From assembly GCA_021613535.1 (NCBI GenBank), contig CP075494.1:13702001-13766000 (forward strand): a stretch of 64,000 nt of DNA, read 5' to 3'. Source of the stretch: Adineta vaga (Eukaryota; Animalia; Rotifera). How positions within the stretch are numbered: position 1 is the first letter of the stretch; every line of letters starts with the position of its first letter. Below are positions 41,603-57,500 of the stretch, one piece after another. The notes under the pieces were generated by a model. The model searched no databases. It was not told the origin of the DNA and saw nothing but the letters and a program-made list of their open reading frames with translations. The translations under genes and the position numbers were made by a program.

Positions 41603-41714
41603 TATAGACAATCGTTGATTTTTTCTTTTCTTTTCTATGTTTTGTGGGTTTTCTTTCTAATGCATATATAGATGTGTATATATGTTAAATAAAAGAGCGA
41701 TTGAAATTTATATA

Positions 41715-42156
41715 TAGTGCCGAAGTCAATCTGAATGATATAATGGATTTTAGCTTCTAAAAAAATCAGAAATATCATTTGCATCAGATCTCAAAAATCT
41801 TATTTTTTTTTGTTACAATATTAAACTCAATTTATTTTTCAATATTTCAACAAATATCAAGCTTTTGAGAAAGAAATACTCAATGATTTTTTAGTTTTAC
41901 TCATTTTCTGCGATACAGATTGAAAGCGATCTTCTTGGATAAAAAGATGTGACAATCTCTCACAAAATCATACGATTATAACTTATGAATAGTTTCAACA
42001 CAATAAAAGTCATACATTGGTCATAATATTGAAAAAATAAATTCAGTTTAATCTTGTAATGAAAGAAAAACAAACTTTTGAGATCTAATGCATATGACAT
42101 CTTTTATTCTTTAGAAGCTAAAATCCATTATATCATTCACATTAATTTCGACAAAG
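41715..42156. mobile_element. MITE/foldback element with ~130-bp imperfect TIRs, Tc1/mariner-like ends
   Basis: Left arm TAGTGCCGAAGTCAATCTGAATGATATAATGGATTTTAGCTTCTAA... is the reverse complement of the right arm ...TTAGAAGCTAAAATCCATTATATCATTCACATTAATTTCGACA. Sits in a TA run and has no ORF. Confidence 0.85.
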
Positions 42157-43841
42157 TTTTCTTTTATCAAAGTTATAACTTCCGCACGACATATACAGAT
42201 CATGTTTTAAAAGAAAGCTTACTATATGTTCATATAAAATATCGATGAAATGTGTACTTTAGAAAAAAATATTCTGATGGATCGAATAAAGTCATTATTT
42301 CTTTTTTTTTTCACGAAGGTAAATATGTCGTGCTTATAAATCAGATTACGTGCAAATAGCGAAAGAAAGAGTAAGTAATATACATTTACTAAACTCAAAC
42401 AACTTCTATATGAATTTACGATTTATATTTCTATCTGCCTTAAGTATTCACTATTTTTCATACTGTTTCGATCATAAATTGGATTTGTATTTAGCTAAAT
42501 GGATCGACAATGTTTGGTTTTGAAGAAGTACATTTCTTCTGCATAACGCATTAAAACACTTGTTTTTAGACAAATGAATGGCCCCTTATAATAAATGATC
42601 GTATATGTCAACCTTTCAAAATGACATTCGAAGGACTAATATATGCTATTAATTTTAAAATTTTTGATTTATTAATTAATTTTCCTGATATTCATTCAGC
42701 TTTATCTTTAACGTGTACGAGAACAGATTCAAGATAACTATAATCATAAGCAAACATTTTTTCACTGTTTTATTATATCGCCGCAATCATTTATAGACAC
42801 GTTCTTTTGAATACAAATCATTTGTATATTCTTCTTGACAATCGCGCGTTTCTTATTTTATCCGAAATAACATGCATTATATATGGAAATGAAAATATAA
42901 ACAATTAATTAAAATCTGTCGCGTTATTCGGAACCTTCATATCAGTTCCGATAGTATAAGAAAGAAAAAAAAGAAAGTGCATTTTTATTCTATACTCACA
43001 ATATTCTGTCATCGGAAATGGCATACTTGATCCTATTTCGGAAAATGATTGAGTGGAAAAAAAAAGACATTTTTCATAGTTACTCAATGAATTAACCTGA
43101 ATATGAACAATGATCATCAATCCTACTTTTCTTTTATGACTCAAATTCAATCGATAATGTACTATAAAACTAGAGAATACTCAATTAATTAATTAATTTA
43201 GCCATGCGTTTGATTAGAATAAAAATCGATTTTTTATATTTCGTTTCTCAACGACAAGAAGTTTATAACTAGGAAGAGAATATTTTCTGATCATATTCAT
43301 AATTAGTAAATCTATGTATTTATAAAGAATTTGCAACGCATACATTGCACTTCTACAGTTTCATGTCTTCAATCAATTAAACTATATTACCCTATCTCGT
43401 TGTTATTTTTCACACGAGATCTGTATCATTTCTTTTTCTTGAAAGTATAAAGAAAAAAGCGACTCGAGTTACTATTTTGATCTCTATAATATATCATGAC
43501 TTATGTCTATTAACATTCATCACTCATCGAATAAATACAAAAAAGAACTATTACTTCATTCACATTATTTTAAAAAAAAAACGAGAGAGCTCTCATTTTA
43601 TCTTCTTTCGTTCTTTTATGGCAATTCTCTTTTTTCTGTTTCTTCGACATATAGACTCTACCATAAAGGTAAAACTGAATGCAGTAAAGAATGAAGAAGA
43701 GAGAGAAAAAACGCGAAGATATAAAGTTACAGCATCAGTTAAATATTTGCTCTATTGTTTTGCCACTATTTCTTATGTTACAGCACAGAATATGATAAAG
43801 CAAGAGAATTGAATACAAGGTTTGAAGAGAAAAGATGTGAG

Positions 43842-44935
43842 ATGAAGACACCTTCAACTGGTCGATCATCTATACAACGATGTTTTATTTATTTTCTATT
43901 TACCGGTGGAATTATTTTCTCGATTATTTATCTTTTATTTCGTTTTAATTCTCCATTTATTCTAACTTATACATCGGTTCATGTCGATTATCGTCGACGA
44001 CCTGAATGTTCATGTTCACGACCAGAATTATCATCAAATCTATCGAATGGTATTGTTCCGTCCCATCTTTGTAGTACATATGCAAGTCGACGTGGACCTA
44101 ATCAACGTATTATTTCTATCAGTCTTTTTGGACCAAAAGAAAATCGAATGTTTCAATTAAATCCATCATTAACATTTTTGAATGAATTGATAAATGATAT
44201 GAACGTCATTTATTCCGATGGATTTGTTTTACGCATTCATCATGACGATACAATTAATGTGTCAGATATCATATGTCCATATGAATGTCAACATCCGAAT
44301 GTTGATTTTTGCAGTATGAATTCGAAACTATTTATACCACCAAAAATCTGGCGATTTATACCAGCTGGTGATCCATTTGTAGATATAAGTAAGTAAATAA
44401 CTGATAAAAGCAAAAGACTTCCGATTTCCAAAGTGTTCCTTTTCTTTTCGTTCTAGTGATGAGTCGTGATCTTGATTCTGCATTAACACGACGTGAACGT
44501 GCAGCAGTTGATGCATGGCTTGCAGAAAATAAGTCTTTTCATGCTATGCGTGATCATCCTATGCATGGTGTACCTATGCTTGGTGGTATGTGGGGCTTCC
44601 GACCAACACTCGATCCAAAACTTGCACGTATAATACATGATAAAATTCATAATAAAGATTTAGTTCGAAAATATGGTGGTCGAGGAGATCAAACATTTCT
44701 TGCTCATCAAGTTTGGCCACAAGCGAAATCAAGTATTCTTGTACATGATAGTTTCCTTTGTAAGACTACTTATGGTAAAAAACCATCACCATTTCCAACT
44801 CAACGTCCGTCAGCAAATGAAACGAATTGTTTTGTTGGATGTGTACGACCTTGTTGTGGTCGGGGTAAAATGCCATTTGGTGAATGTCCAAAAGAGTGCC
44901 GTCCACAAGATCATCCTGAATGGAATTATTGTTAA
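43842..44935 (+). CDS. Uncharacterised membrane-anchored protein of the 'WRF...SRDLDS...MRDHP.H...GGMWG' family (putative GT-A-like); one intron 44389-44456
   Basis: N-terminal TM, IISISLFG, IWRFIP.GDP.VD, SRDLDS.LT.RERAAV.AW, FHAMRDHPMH, LGGMWG, GDQTFL...VWP, HDSFLC. Confidence 0.8.
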
Positions 44936-45953
44936 ATTTTTTTTCTATTGTTATTTAAAAAAAGATGAATATCTACTGTTTTCTTGAATATATATATTCA
45001 TCGTTGATTATTCTCACTGTTTTTTTCGTCTCTATGGTTCAAATAACTTAAAACTATCACTTGACAGACAGCCTTTGAAAAGCGAATATCACATTTCTCT
45101 TATGTGTGTAATTTCATTGAAATAGACTTACTGGATTAATCAACGATATATGATATCTTTCGTTCGTGATTAGAACAAAAAATTTGAATAAATATTTACG
45201 TAAAATGTCCGTTCTTCTCCTTTAATCATGAAATATAACCGATAATATATCGTGGTTTATTTAAAGAAGAATTTGAAGTCATTTAGAATCAAGAAATTCG
45301 AAGTCTTCGGAGTGTTAGTGATGAAGAAATGATAGTATATACCAGTCAAAACCATCCACGGATAGATTTATCTATTTTACCAGTTGTATTTGTTGAAAAT
45401 ACTTCTACGGAATGAATTTAATAATGCAAGATAGTTCCTTTTTCTTTTGGAAACAAGAATACTATATTATTTACTTCTCAAATAACTACCACTTGACAAA
45501 AATCGATTTATTCTTATAATAATATTGATTCCAATCAAAGGAAAGCTGTTTAGATGACGAAAATAAATAGACACAATCTCAAATTTTGATTGTCATATCA
45601 ATATCTCATACAGTCACACAGCAAGTTTTAACTTTTATTCTATTAAAAAATTCGTATTAGAATCTTATACGACTTCGAATACTTGCTGTTTCATCAAATT
45701 TAACATACAAAACATAAAAGAAACACATTTTTTTCCTATTTTGACATTTCGATTGATCTTTTGTTTACCATACTAATTATACCAACAAATAATAACTCAT
45801 TTTTTTTACACCATGATTACTTATCGAGATATTATTTATCAATTGGAAAACAAATGTTGAAAACTGCGCGTATTACCTTGAAACCATACGTGCATTGATT
45901 GCTCCAGCAATAGAAAGATGTCACTTGTAAAATGTTTAAATAACAGTTTAAAC

Positions 45954-45968
45954 GTTGTCCAGGACAAC
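45954..45968. promoter_or_regulatory. RFX X-box (GTTGTC-CAG-GACAAC) upstream of the C2orf81-like gene
   Basis: Perfect 6-bp inverted half-sites with a 3-nt spacer, 65 bp before ATG 46034. Confidence 0.7.
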
Positions 45969-46033
45969 ATCCATGCCATGATCCTTTAGCAATAATTCTG
46001 ATCGATTCTTACTTGTTTTTAGTTTGTAAAAAA

Positions 46034-48026
46034 ATGACAACTCGTGCCGCACCAAAAGCAGCTCGTCCAACACCAAAATCAAGTTTAAAAACTACCGGAA
46101 AAGGTCAAGGCAAAGGTGATAAACAATCGACGAATGTATTGGAAATTGTACCTGGTAGATTTAATGAAACTGATTGGTTATCATTGATAGAAACTGATGA
46201 AACTGAAAATTTTATTGCTGATATATTTGAGAATATATGGAAAGATGTATCTGAACAAATTCAACAGACATATCTTCGTAGACAATTAATATCATTTACA
46301 TTAATGAGAGCAGAAAATGCTCTATCAACGGTTGTTCAAGTAGGAAATCGAAGATAATGTTATTAATTGAATATGGTGTATTCTTTTCTAGTGGGCATTC
46401 TTAGAAAGAGATGAATCTAAACCAGCAGATGGATATTTTTGGATCGATGATGATGGTATGAGAATTTAATGAATATCGAATATAGTTATGTTATGATTTC
46501 TTCCATTCTAGAACCCATACCATGTTCAATGGATAATTGGGGTGAAGGTGTAGTACCTGCATGTCGTGAAGAACGTCCTCAAGAGTTTGTGGTTGATTCA
46601 TTTTCAAAACGATCGATAAATTTCTTCTATTTAGAATTGATATATCATCATTATCGATGTCTGAACGTTCACCATCAGCACCATTAAAAAGTCAACGATC
46701 AGATCATATTGATCCAATACAACGACCTTCGACAAGTTCAAGTTATTCTGATACACACACTAAACAATTTGATGATCCTCTCGATAAAGAAAACAAAACT
46801 ACTCGATCAATGGAAACTGATATCGATGAAACACCAAGGAAACCACCCACTCGTCGATTATCTTTTCACAAAAAATCATCTTCTCATGATATTCTCGTCA
46901 TTGAAACTCAACCACCTAAAGTAAACAAAGACAATTTCAATCATATCTGTTTCATAGAATGACTTTATTTTAGCTTGAACCATTAGGTGATTTATTTCAA
47001 CGAACATCAACAATCAATACATCAAAAAATCGTCGAGTAGTAGCACCGAAAGGTTTATCACACTTTGGTTCGGATACATTGCAATCAATGACGAATATCA
47101 CTGAATCAACTGCAACACTAACAAAGAGTATACGTAAAGCTGAATCGAAAATATTTGATGATCAACACATAGAAGAAATCATTTCAAAAGCACCAGCTGC
47201 TGCTCATTCGATGCTCAAAGTACGTTTCTTCTACGAATGTTATATATATATATATACATATATGTCAATTTTTCATCAAATGTTTAGAGTATTCTAAGTC
47301 GACCACCAGGTTATCGAGAACTTGAATTAAATGATGAAGGAAATGTTGTTTCAATTACTAAACTCGATCCAGATAAACTTGCTACTAAGAGGTTAGAGGA
47401 ATCTGAATTCTTATTTGATATTATCATCAAATGAATGATGTTTTTTAGTATTCGTTTGTCATGCGATATTGTTAAACCAAGAAAACCAAAGAATGAAATA
47501 CGATCAACAGGGAAACAAACAAGATCGATGAAATTATCTCGTTCGGATCCAAAATTTGCACCTATGAAATTAGGTTTTATTTGATTATCTCTTTATCATT
47601 TGATCTTATCAAGAAATTCTTTTTATTTTAATTTCTAGTATTACCAGAACAATCAACTGAAGTAGGTGATCTTATTCATCCGGTGCCTGGCGTTCTATAT
47701 GAAGATTCGCGTTTAAAAAAGGGTGATCCAAAACGATATCAAGTAAAGTTGCTCGAATTTTTTGGTTTTTTGTCTATAAATGTAATCTATCGATTGACTA
47801 GACTGGTATGGCACGATATTTAAACTTTCATGATGAAATTCGTCCTTTGAAACCTATTGCTCAAAGTAGTGATTTTACAGTACTCCGAACAGCAAATGAT
47901 TTATTACGTCTATCAAACAGTTTTAATAACGAGAATGATGATAATCCAGATTCACAGATTCCAAAGTTACATCGACTTGCTCGAATACCACCAATTATGT
48001 CAGCATCAACAACATCTTCTACATAA
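46034..48026 (+). CDS. C2orf81-like (DUF4639) protein
   Basis: IVPGRFNETDW, YLRRQLISFT, WAFLERDE, WIDDDEPIPCSMDNWGEGVVP match the DUF4639 N-terminus; about 8 exons. Confidence 0.8.
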
Positions 48027-50263
48027 AATAACGTTTTTTTTATTATCTCTTCTGCTTTTATTTTCATGAAATTGAATTTTGTTCGGTGAAAATCAATGAA
48101 CAATAACGTTTATCAGAAGTTTTATCTCTTGTATAATAACTTTTAATTACTGAACTATATGTAATTATAAGTGCGTATATGCCATTGCTTATAAATCATG
48201 ATTGGTATCATTCTTTTCACAATATATGTATGTGTCGCTTTATTCTTCTTCCCCTCCTCCTTGACTTTCCATATTCCAGAACTACTTCTTTCTAATAGAA
48301 GGATGATGATAATAGTTCTATTATATGTATATGCGTCAGTCACTCGAAACGCAAATGGCAACATTCTTCTACGTTTCCCTTATGATTGTAGCATAATACA
48401 GAGATGTCTCCTTCTAAAGTCACCCCATCCATCCCTTTCTCCCTTCTTCCCTCCCTCTTTACCCATCTTTTTCCATATCTATTCTTTCCGTCGCCATATA
48501 CGAACGGCTGACGCTGCTCATGGGTGATGTCAATCATCGTTGTGCACATAAGCTAAAGAAACACGTACACAATATAGCATATACATATAAACGCGAAAGA
48601 ACGAAGAGACTCGCGCGCAATAGAGACAGGCTGTTATTGGTATTACTACTGCTGCTGCTGCTGTTGTTGTCTTTTTCAATGTACCAATGCATTGCGACAC
48701 ACGCATGTATCTCGAGTAATGCATGTACATCTCACACTTTTTGTCTTCTTCCCCTTCTTCTTCTTCTTCTTCTTCTTCTTTTTTCCTTCTTCTTACATAC
48801 GTGTTATCTCTATTTACTGGTATCTTTCGTCGACGGATGATGACGAGAAAAGAGCGTGGCGAAGATGTTTATGGATGCATGCTCGGTCAAACCTTGAATG
48901 ATGAAAGCAGTCAGAAAAGTAATCCAATCAACTGTACTAAAAAAAGAAATGAAGAGTAAAGACAAAGATGGGACAGTCATGGCATTCTTTGTCAGATGAA
49001 ATGTTAATCAAATCAACACATGGCCTAACTGATGTGCAGATATTTCAGTAATAACAATAGGCAAAAAAACATTTTTATTAGTTCAAATTTTTATCATAGT
49101 TACTCTATCAATTCGAGAGAAAATTGACTTTGATTGTTTTTTTAATGTATTGATTCATTCACACATTTTCAATTATATTTGAACGATTCTTGTACCTGTA
49201 TATGTACAAGTATATGTGACCAATATAAATGAAAATGAGAAGCAGTGTGTGAGACTTGTTTCACACCTATCGATCTCCTCACCAATATTTACTTCGCAAG
49301 AAGAAGAAGAAGAGAAAGAAATTCTAGTTGATGATTTGGTCATCATTCATTACTCTATTATATATTATGCATATAATATTGCTCGTTGGTTCCCGTTGAT
49401 GATGATAAGAAACGAGCGATGATCTTGGTCCTTGTCATCATCATCATCAAGAGAACTACTAGACAAGAAAAAAATCCATTTTCTCTGTTGTTTGCTTCTT
49501 TTCTCATGTATATTTCTTGTATATTATCAAATGAATGGACGTTGGTCTATCAAATAAAACTGAATATATTGATCGACTTGAATGTTTGTGTCGTTTTATT
49601 TTATGGGACGCCTGGTTTGCATACGTATATGTATATATATATATATATATGCAGTTTGGGAAAGAAACAATCTTTCAAGTAGCACACATACATATACATC
49701 AAGGATCGCTTATATGTACGAGTGACGAAAGTTAGTGCAATGATGTAACGATACACGTACAGAAGAGAAATGTGTGAGGGACAGAGAGAAGGAGAGAAAG
49801 AAAGAAAGAATAGAGAGACAGAGAGAGGGAAATTGTACAAGCGACAGCTAGTAATATGAAGAAAAAAATGCAAGATTATGCAAGTCACTTCGAGAGGAAA
49901 AAAGAAAGAGATCGGAAAAATGTCTTCTTCTTCTTCTTCTTCTTCTTCTTCTTGCTGTTGTTGTTGTTGTTCTCATCACCACGCTAAAAGTCGGGCGCGC
50001 GCGCATGCGTAGTCGTCGCTTTTGCCTGATATTCGATACAGAAAATGTATCATCCTGGAGCGTTTCTATTCTCCCAACATCTTCAGTAGTAGAGTAGCAG
50101 CATGAATATAACGTCGTTGACGACAACTATCCGCCTCATCACGTGTGCATAAAAAAGAAGATCAGAACGTATAGAAATATAAAACAAACAAACAAACAAG
50201 GAAATCAAAAGGTCGTCTTTACTTACTTTTCTAAATTGAACTAATCAAGTTTATTTCACAACT

Positions 50264-51634
50264 ATGTATACTTACACTGTTCCAACAAATCGTTGTTCTT
50301 TATGTTATGCTCTTTTATCAACAAATAATTCTTCAATTGGTTATTCATCATCACAACGACGTCATGGTCAACGTTGTTCAGTTGCAGCCATCGAACGACT
50401 TATATCTTCATCGAAACGATTTGAAAAATTATGGCAAAAAAATGAGAATAGAATTATTAATAATCGTTTGATATGTTTTCGTTGTTGTGAAACAATTCGA
50501 CAAATTGAACAAATTCATAATCATCTTGAACAATTAAATAACGAACAACAAATACTTATGAATAAAGTTGAACAAAATCTTTATAAACGCGCATTAATTC
50601 TGCAGGGACAAAGACAACGAACAAATCCATTTTCATTCATTCATCAAGTAATATCATATACAGATCGCGTTATGAAGAATTTCTTCTAACTTTTTCTTTT
50701 CAGCAAATCCCAATTGATGAAGATGATGATACCGAAGAAGGTGAAGAAAAACCTCGAACAGTAAATGTAACAAATGGTTATGGCCATTCATCATCTCTCG
50801 CTGTCTCAACAACAACGTTAGTTGGTGCTAAACGACGAAAATCCAAAATAGCACATAAAATTCATACCGAAGATAAAGTAAAGTCAATTCATTTATTTTA
50901 TTCACGAATTATGTTTTCTTTATAGTCTTCATTGCTCAATCATTCAACACAATCACGTAAGGAATTGACAAGAAAAGAAAACTTTTTTTCTTCTATATAG
51001 TCTCATTTCAGATTCTCCTGTAGAAAAATGTTCTCCAAATCTTCTCTTCAATCCTCAACCATCTTCTAAACATCATCGAACAGGAATCTTCTCATCTGCT
51101 ATCAATGGCCACAATAATGATTTAACCAATCTATCATTTGCATCAGCATATAAATCTTTAGCTATCCCACCATCAACAGCAGCAACAACTCCTCCTTTTA
51201 TCGATCCAACAACTGGCGCATTAATTGCAATTGTTTCTAATCCTCATCATGCTGCTTTACTTGCTCAACAACATCAACAACTTCTTAAATCATCTTCAAT
51301 ATCGCCCTCATCAACCAATACCATAGATGAACAAGAAACTTCTCCACCCAAAAGTAGTCAACATCCGAAAAAATTCCCTTGTCTTCTATGTGGTCGTGAT
51401 TTTTCGAACAAATCAAATCTCAATCGTCATCATAGTATTGTTCATGTAGCCATTCGAAATTTCGAATGTGCTCGTTGTCCAAAGAAATTCAAATTACGAC
51501 AGGGCCTTAAAACACATATGCAACGATGTCATGGCGTAAATACAGATGAACCAACATTTGTTTTACAAAAACATCATGCTCACCATCATCATCATCATCA
51601 TCATTTGCTCAATCAAAATAAATCACATCAATAA
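50264..51634 (+). CDS. Zinc-finger transcription factor: N-terminal ZAD-like C4 domain, two C2H2 fingers, poly-His tail
   Basis: CSLC...ICFRC; FPCLLCGRDFSNKSNLNRHHSIVH; FECARCPKKFKLRQGLKTHMQRCH; introns at ~50648, 50878 and 50958. Confidence 0.85.
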
Positions 51635-53034
51635 TTCAACGTGCTACTGGTTTTATTCTCTCTTTCGTTTTTTATTTCGAGATTAGTGTTCGTTGATTTT
51701 CATTTCTTTTTCTTCCTTTTATATTCATTTTTTTTGTTAATTATTTATGCGATATGAACAAATACAAATAAATTTTACTCTAATTTTTATTTAATAAATG
51801 AGAAGATTATTGATATTTACTTTAGTAATATGATCACAAGTAATTATATATATATATATATAGTCTCGATTTGTTTAGATGAGAAATAAGATCGAAGAAA
51901 AAGCAAACTTCGATATATGCGTTAAATCTTTCGAAGTTCCATGCAATATCAGAAGATCATAGTTTTGACGATTAAATCTCAATTCATTGTAAAAAAATCA
52001 TTTTGAATATGTTCCGATTTGATAAGAGTTTTTAAAAAAGGGAGTAGTTTTAGAGTGGTAAAGATCACTTCAATATTAAAAAGCAAAAGTTTAATATCAG
52101 CAACAAACAATGTTTGAAAGCATGTGTTAAACATCATAATCAGTCATTGTATATCGCGAAAGACAATCTAAATATTGTTAATATGAAGTCTATGATGTGT
52201 TTACCATTTTGCTCAATTCTGACGGAAGTCTCTATAACAGATCGTATCTCATTTATCTTCTTGAATAAATCATGTGAAAGAAAGAACTCAATTTATTATC
52301 GATAAATTTTTAAAGTATTTCGTTAAATAAGGCGGAAAATACTTGAAAATTAACGATCGTAAAACTTCATTTCTGACTCTCGATAAATCTAATCATCGAA
52401 AAGATTAGTTATCAAGACTTGTTCATTATTTTACTGAATAGTTGTATTGCTTTCTAAAATCGAACAGTAAATCTACTTGTTTTTTTTTCTTCAAATATGT
52501 ATATTAACAACAAAATAAATTTCCACACTCACACTCTGCGTATGTTGTCTATAGTGAAAAAGAAAAGAAAAAGATATAGAACGAACTTCGAAAAGAAAAA
52601 GAAGAGAACTTTGAAAGAACAAAGAGGAGACATAAAGTCAATCCAAAGAAGAAGAAAAAAATAATAGCTTGTTCCACACGAAAAAGAAAATGTCATTTGT
52701 AAAAGAAAAGATTTCATTTTGAGTGTTGAAAATATGAAATTTAGTTGATCACTGTTGTACAGCTACATACAAACATCTATATCGTTGCATCAAACCAAAA
52801 AATAAGACGTACAAACAAATATTATGTAATTGCATATAAATAAAAATACATTGAAAAACAAAGAAGAAAAGAAAAGAATACATCCAAACACACACACACA
52901 CACACATACAAACGATAATTGGTGTGCAGCAATGCGTAGCTACGAACCGGAAGATTGCATAGAAAAAACGACAAAATACTGTTATTAATGTATGTGCGAT
53001 TAATAGCAAAGAAAAAGAGAGAAAAAAAACCGAC

Positions 53035-54594
<1,560 letters not shown>

Positions 54595-57500
54595 GCTTGA
54601 ATTATTCGAACGTGGGACAAAATGCCGAGGTGAGAAGTAAGGGCAGGTGATAGGTCGTGAAAATATGTAAAAACCAAAGGGAGAAGGGAACCTAGAAAAG
54701 AGGAAAAAAATATTATTGAAAAAGTTTTTACATTATCTTCAGTCGTGAAGTAGTGAAAGAACCTTGATTTATTTGATTTGATAGATCGAGTATCTCTTAT
54801 TCCCTTTCCGGATGAAGTAAAGCTAGAAATGAGTTGTTAGCACCCATCATCAATCGTTCTCGTTTGCCTTTTTTTTACGGCAATTGCATTCGTTTTCTCT
54901 CTCTCTCTCTTTTTCTCTGGTTAATGGCGTTATATTTTTATTGAAAAACTCAAGAGAAAAAAAAAGCGAACAAGCCATCAATATTTTACTACCGAAGCTC
55001 GTTGTTGATTGCTTGCATTAATAATTGATTATGACATGAGTGCTGAACGATTAATTTCTGTACGGAAAAGTGATTTTTTTTTCTCTTTCTTTTCTTTCTT
55101 TCTCTTCGATTTCTTATTTCCTCTTCTTTCTTTTCCAATCTTGTTTATCTATTTTATACCTACGAGAGAATTCAATTAACAATCCGTTCTTTTTCTTTCT
55201 CTTTTTTTGATCGAACAATCAAATTTATCTTCTTGAACAGATTTGATCTATTTTACTAACACTCTAAACATGTCTCATCATTCTCTAATACTTCGGTAAA
55301 CATAATTTCTACTAAGATGATAATGAATATATATATATATATATCTTCGTTGTTGACCGTGTGTTTGACATCAACAAACATTTGGAAGTGTTTTTCTACA
55401 ATGATGAAGAAAATCAACTCTTCGAGACTGTTATTACTGATGTCTTTATTATGGTTAGAATTCTTCCACAGACATAACTTCTAATTAATATAATACTATA
55501 ACTTAGAACTAAACTTAATGACTTAAGCCATATGCTTTTTCGTTGATAAAATACATGCATATAGATTATTTTGTCTGTTTATAAAAAGAATAGAAAGAGA
55601 TAGGGTTCTTTCATTTTTTTTTAATATAAATAATCAAGAATGTTGACGAATCAAGTCTTATTATTTCGAAAGAGGGAAAAATCACTCCGGAAACAATCAA
55701 AAAACGAGCATGTCATATAGAAGGTAAATGTCTAAGACTAGCAAACGGATCTATGGGGATCTCAATTAGTTAGTTGCGTGATTGAGAAACATGTGTATCG
55801 TTCGAAGAAGTTATGTGCGTGACGTCAATTAGAATCTAGTAAGCTGAGTATGTCCATAGAGAAAAATAATATGAATAGACTATTTGAAAATCTTCATGAT
55901 GTCTACTCTATCTGAATAGTAATCTTGTTTCTTCTACTAGTCAAAAAGTCCATTTTGTTTTAATCAAAAATGTTGAAAATGAACAACATCTTTTCATATT
56001 GTATTATTCGCTATTATATGTACTCAATAGACACGTAGATCGCATTATGAATGCTCGCAAAACACTTTGAATGGTTGCTAATCTCTTTTATTCACTGATT
56101 TAATGAGAAGCAACGAAAGAAAATTGTAATTGAGCAATCTTCTCATTTCTAAAACGTTTACAATACTCAATAAAGGATCTGATAGAAAAGAAGAATAGTT
56201 TTATTATCTGAAATGTCGGAGCGACATTAGAACACTCAATCAATGACGCTCAATGAATCTAATAAGATTAGCTAGAACGACAATGACAAAGAGGCTAAAT
56301 ATTCTTCTCTCTTCATATAATGAAAGATTTCATCACGTGAACATACAGTTCTAATAAAATGTGCATTCTACTACGATATTAGCACATCCTTTCGAATAGA
56401 ATTCAGACATCGAGACAGGAAATAATCTTTTTAGCAAACACTTTTTTCAAATCTAGTTTCCTGCATCACTTCAAACGGATAAGAACGATGATCGTATATT
56501 CATATATCTCAATAATGTCGTTTGATCATAATTAGATTGAATATACTATTCTTTTTTTTCTTCTTTTTATCGATAATCTAAGATGAACATAGATAGTTCA
56601 TTACCTGTTCAGAAGAAGAAGAAGAAAGATTCAATGCAGAAAAAAAAAACATACAGAGCAAGGGAAAACTTGAAGATTAATATTCATTATAAAAAAGAAG
56701 AAGAAGAAGAAGAAGTAAAAACAAGCAAAGAGCGACATGGTTCGGATCGCTAATCAGCATCTCATCTTTTCTTTTCCCTTTCTTTGGCTTAGTTTTCTTT
56801 CGTCATCTTCTTTTTTTCTTTCTTTCTAGCACTACTCTGCCATTGTCAGAACAATTTTCACCCTGACATGCACGCGCAAACGCCGTTGTTCGCGCAAGCT
56901 AAAAGAATTATCTTGATACGATCACCACCAACGAACACAAGGCAAAGACGAGAACATTGCTTATTCCAGCAGAACTAATTGATGCGCGTGTGTAGATTTT
57001 GGGTTTAAATCTCATCTGCATACATCTCTTTTTTTCTCGGAAATGACACAAGTAAAGAGAGAAAGAGAGAGAGAGACGCAGATATTCTATGTTCAGATTC
57101 GTTATTTGAACTTATCTTTGGTGTCATCGATATAAATTTCTAATAGTCATTAAAGTATTCCTAGATTACCTAGCTCACGTTTCATATACAATATAGAAGT
57201 CTATCAAATATAAATATGATCAGAAAGAAATAATAGAATTCTCAACAGAATATTTAATTTTGAAGATGTCAAGTCTATTTATTCTTATTCTGGTAATAAA
57301 ATATGAACGAGATAAAACCTCTTAAGTTCTATCTATTCTGCACGGTAAATCAAGGGAAAAAAACAAAGTTACGAAGACTTTATAGTGAACTGTCAATGGC
57401 AATGAAAATGATGTGAGATTTGATTTCCTTTTTGCATACGAATAACAGTTGGCCCGGTGTATTGGGTATGGTTGATGACGCCGATCGAATTAGCACATGC

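Noticed and set aside
48100-50260. Cluster of overlapping 60-110-aa ORFs
   Set aside because: Produced by microsatellites (CTT, CTG, TA, GA) in the promoter region of the zinc-finger gene; the translations are low-complexity.
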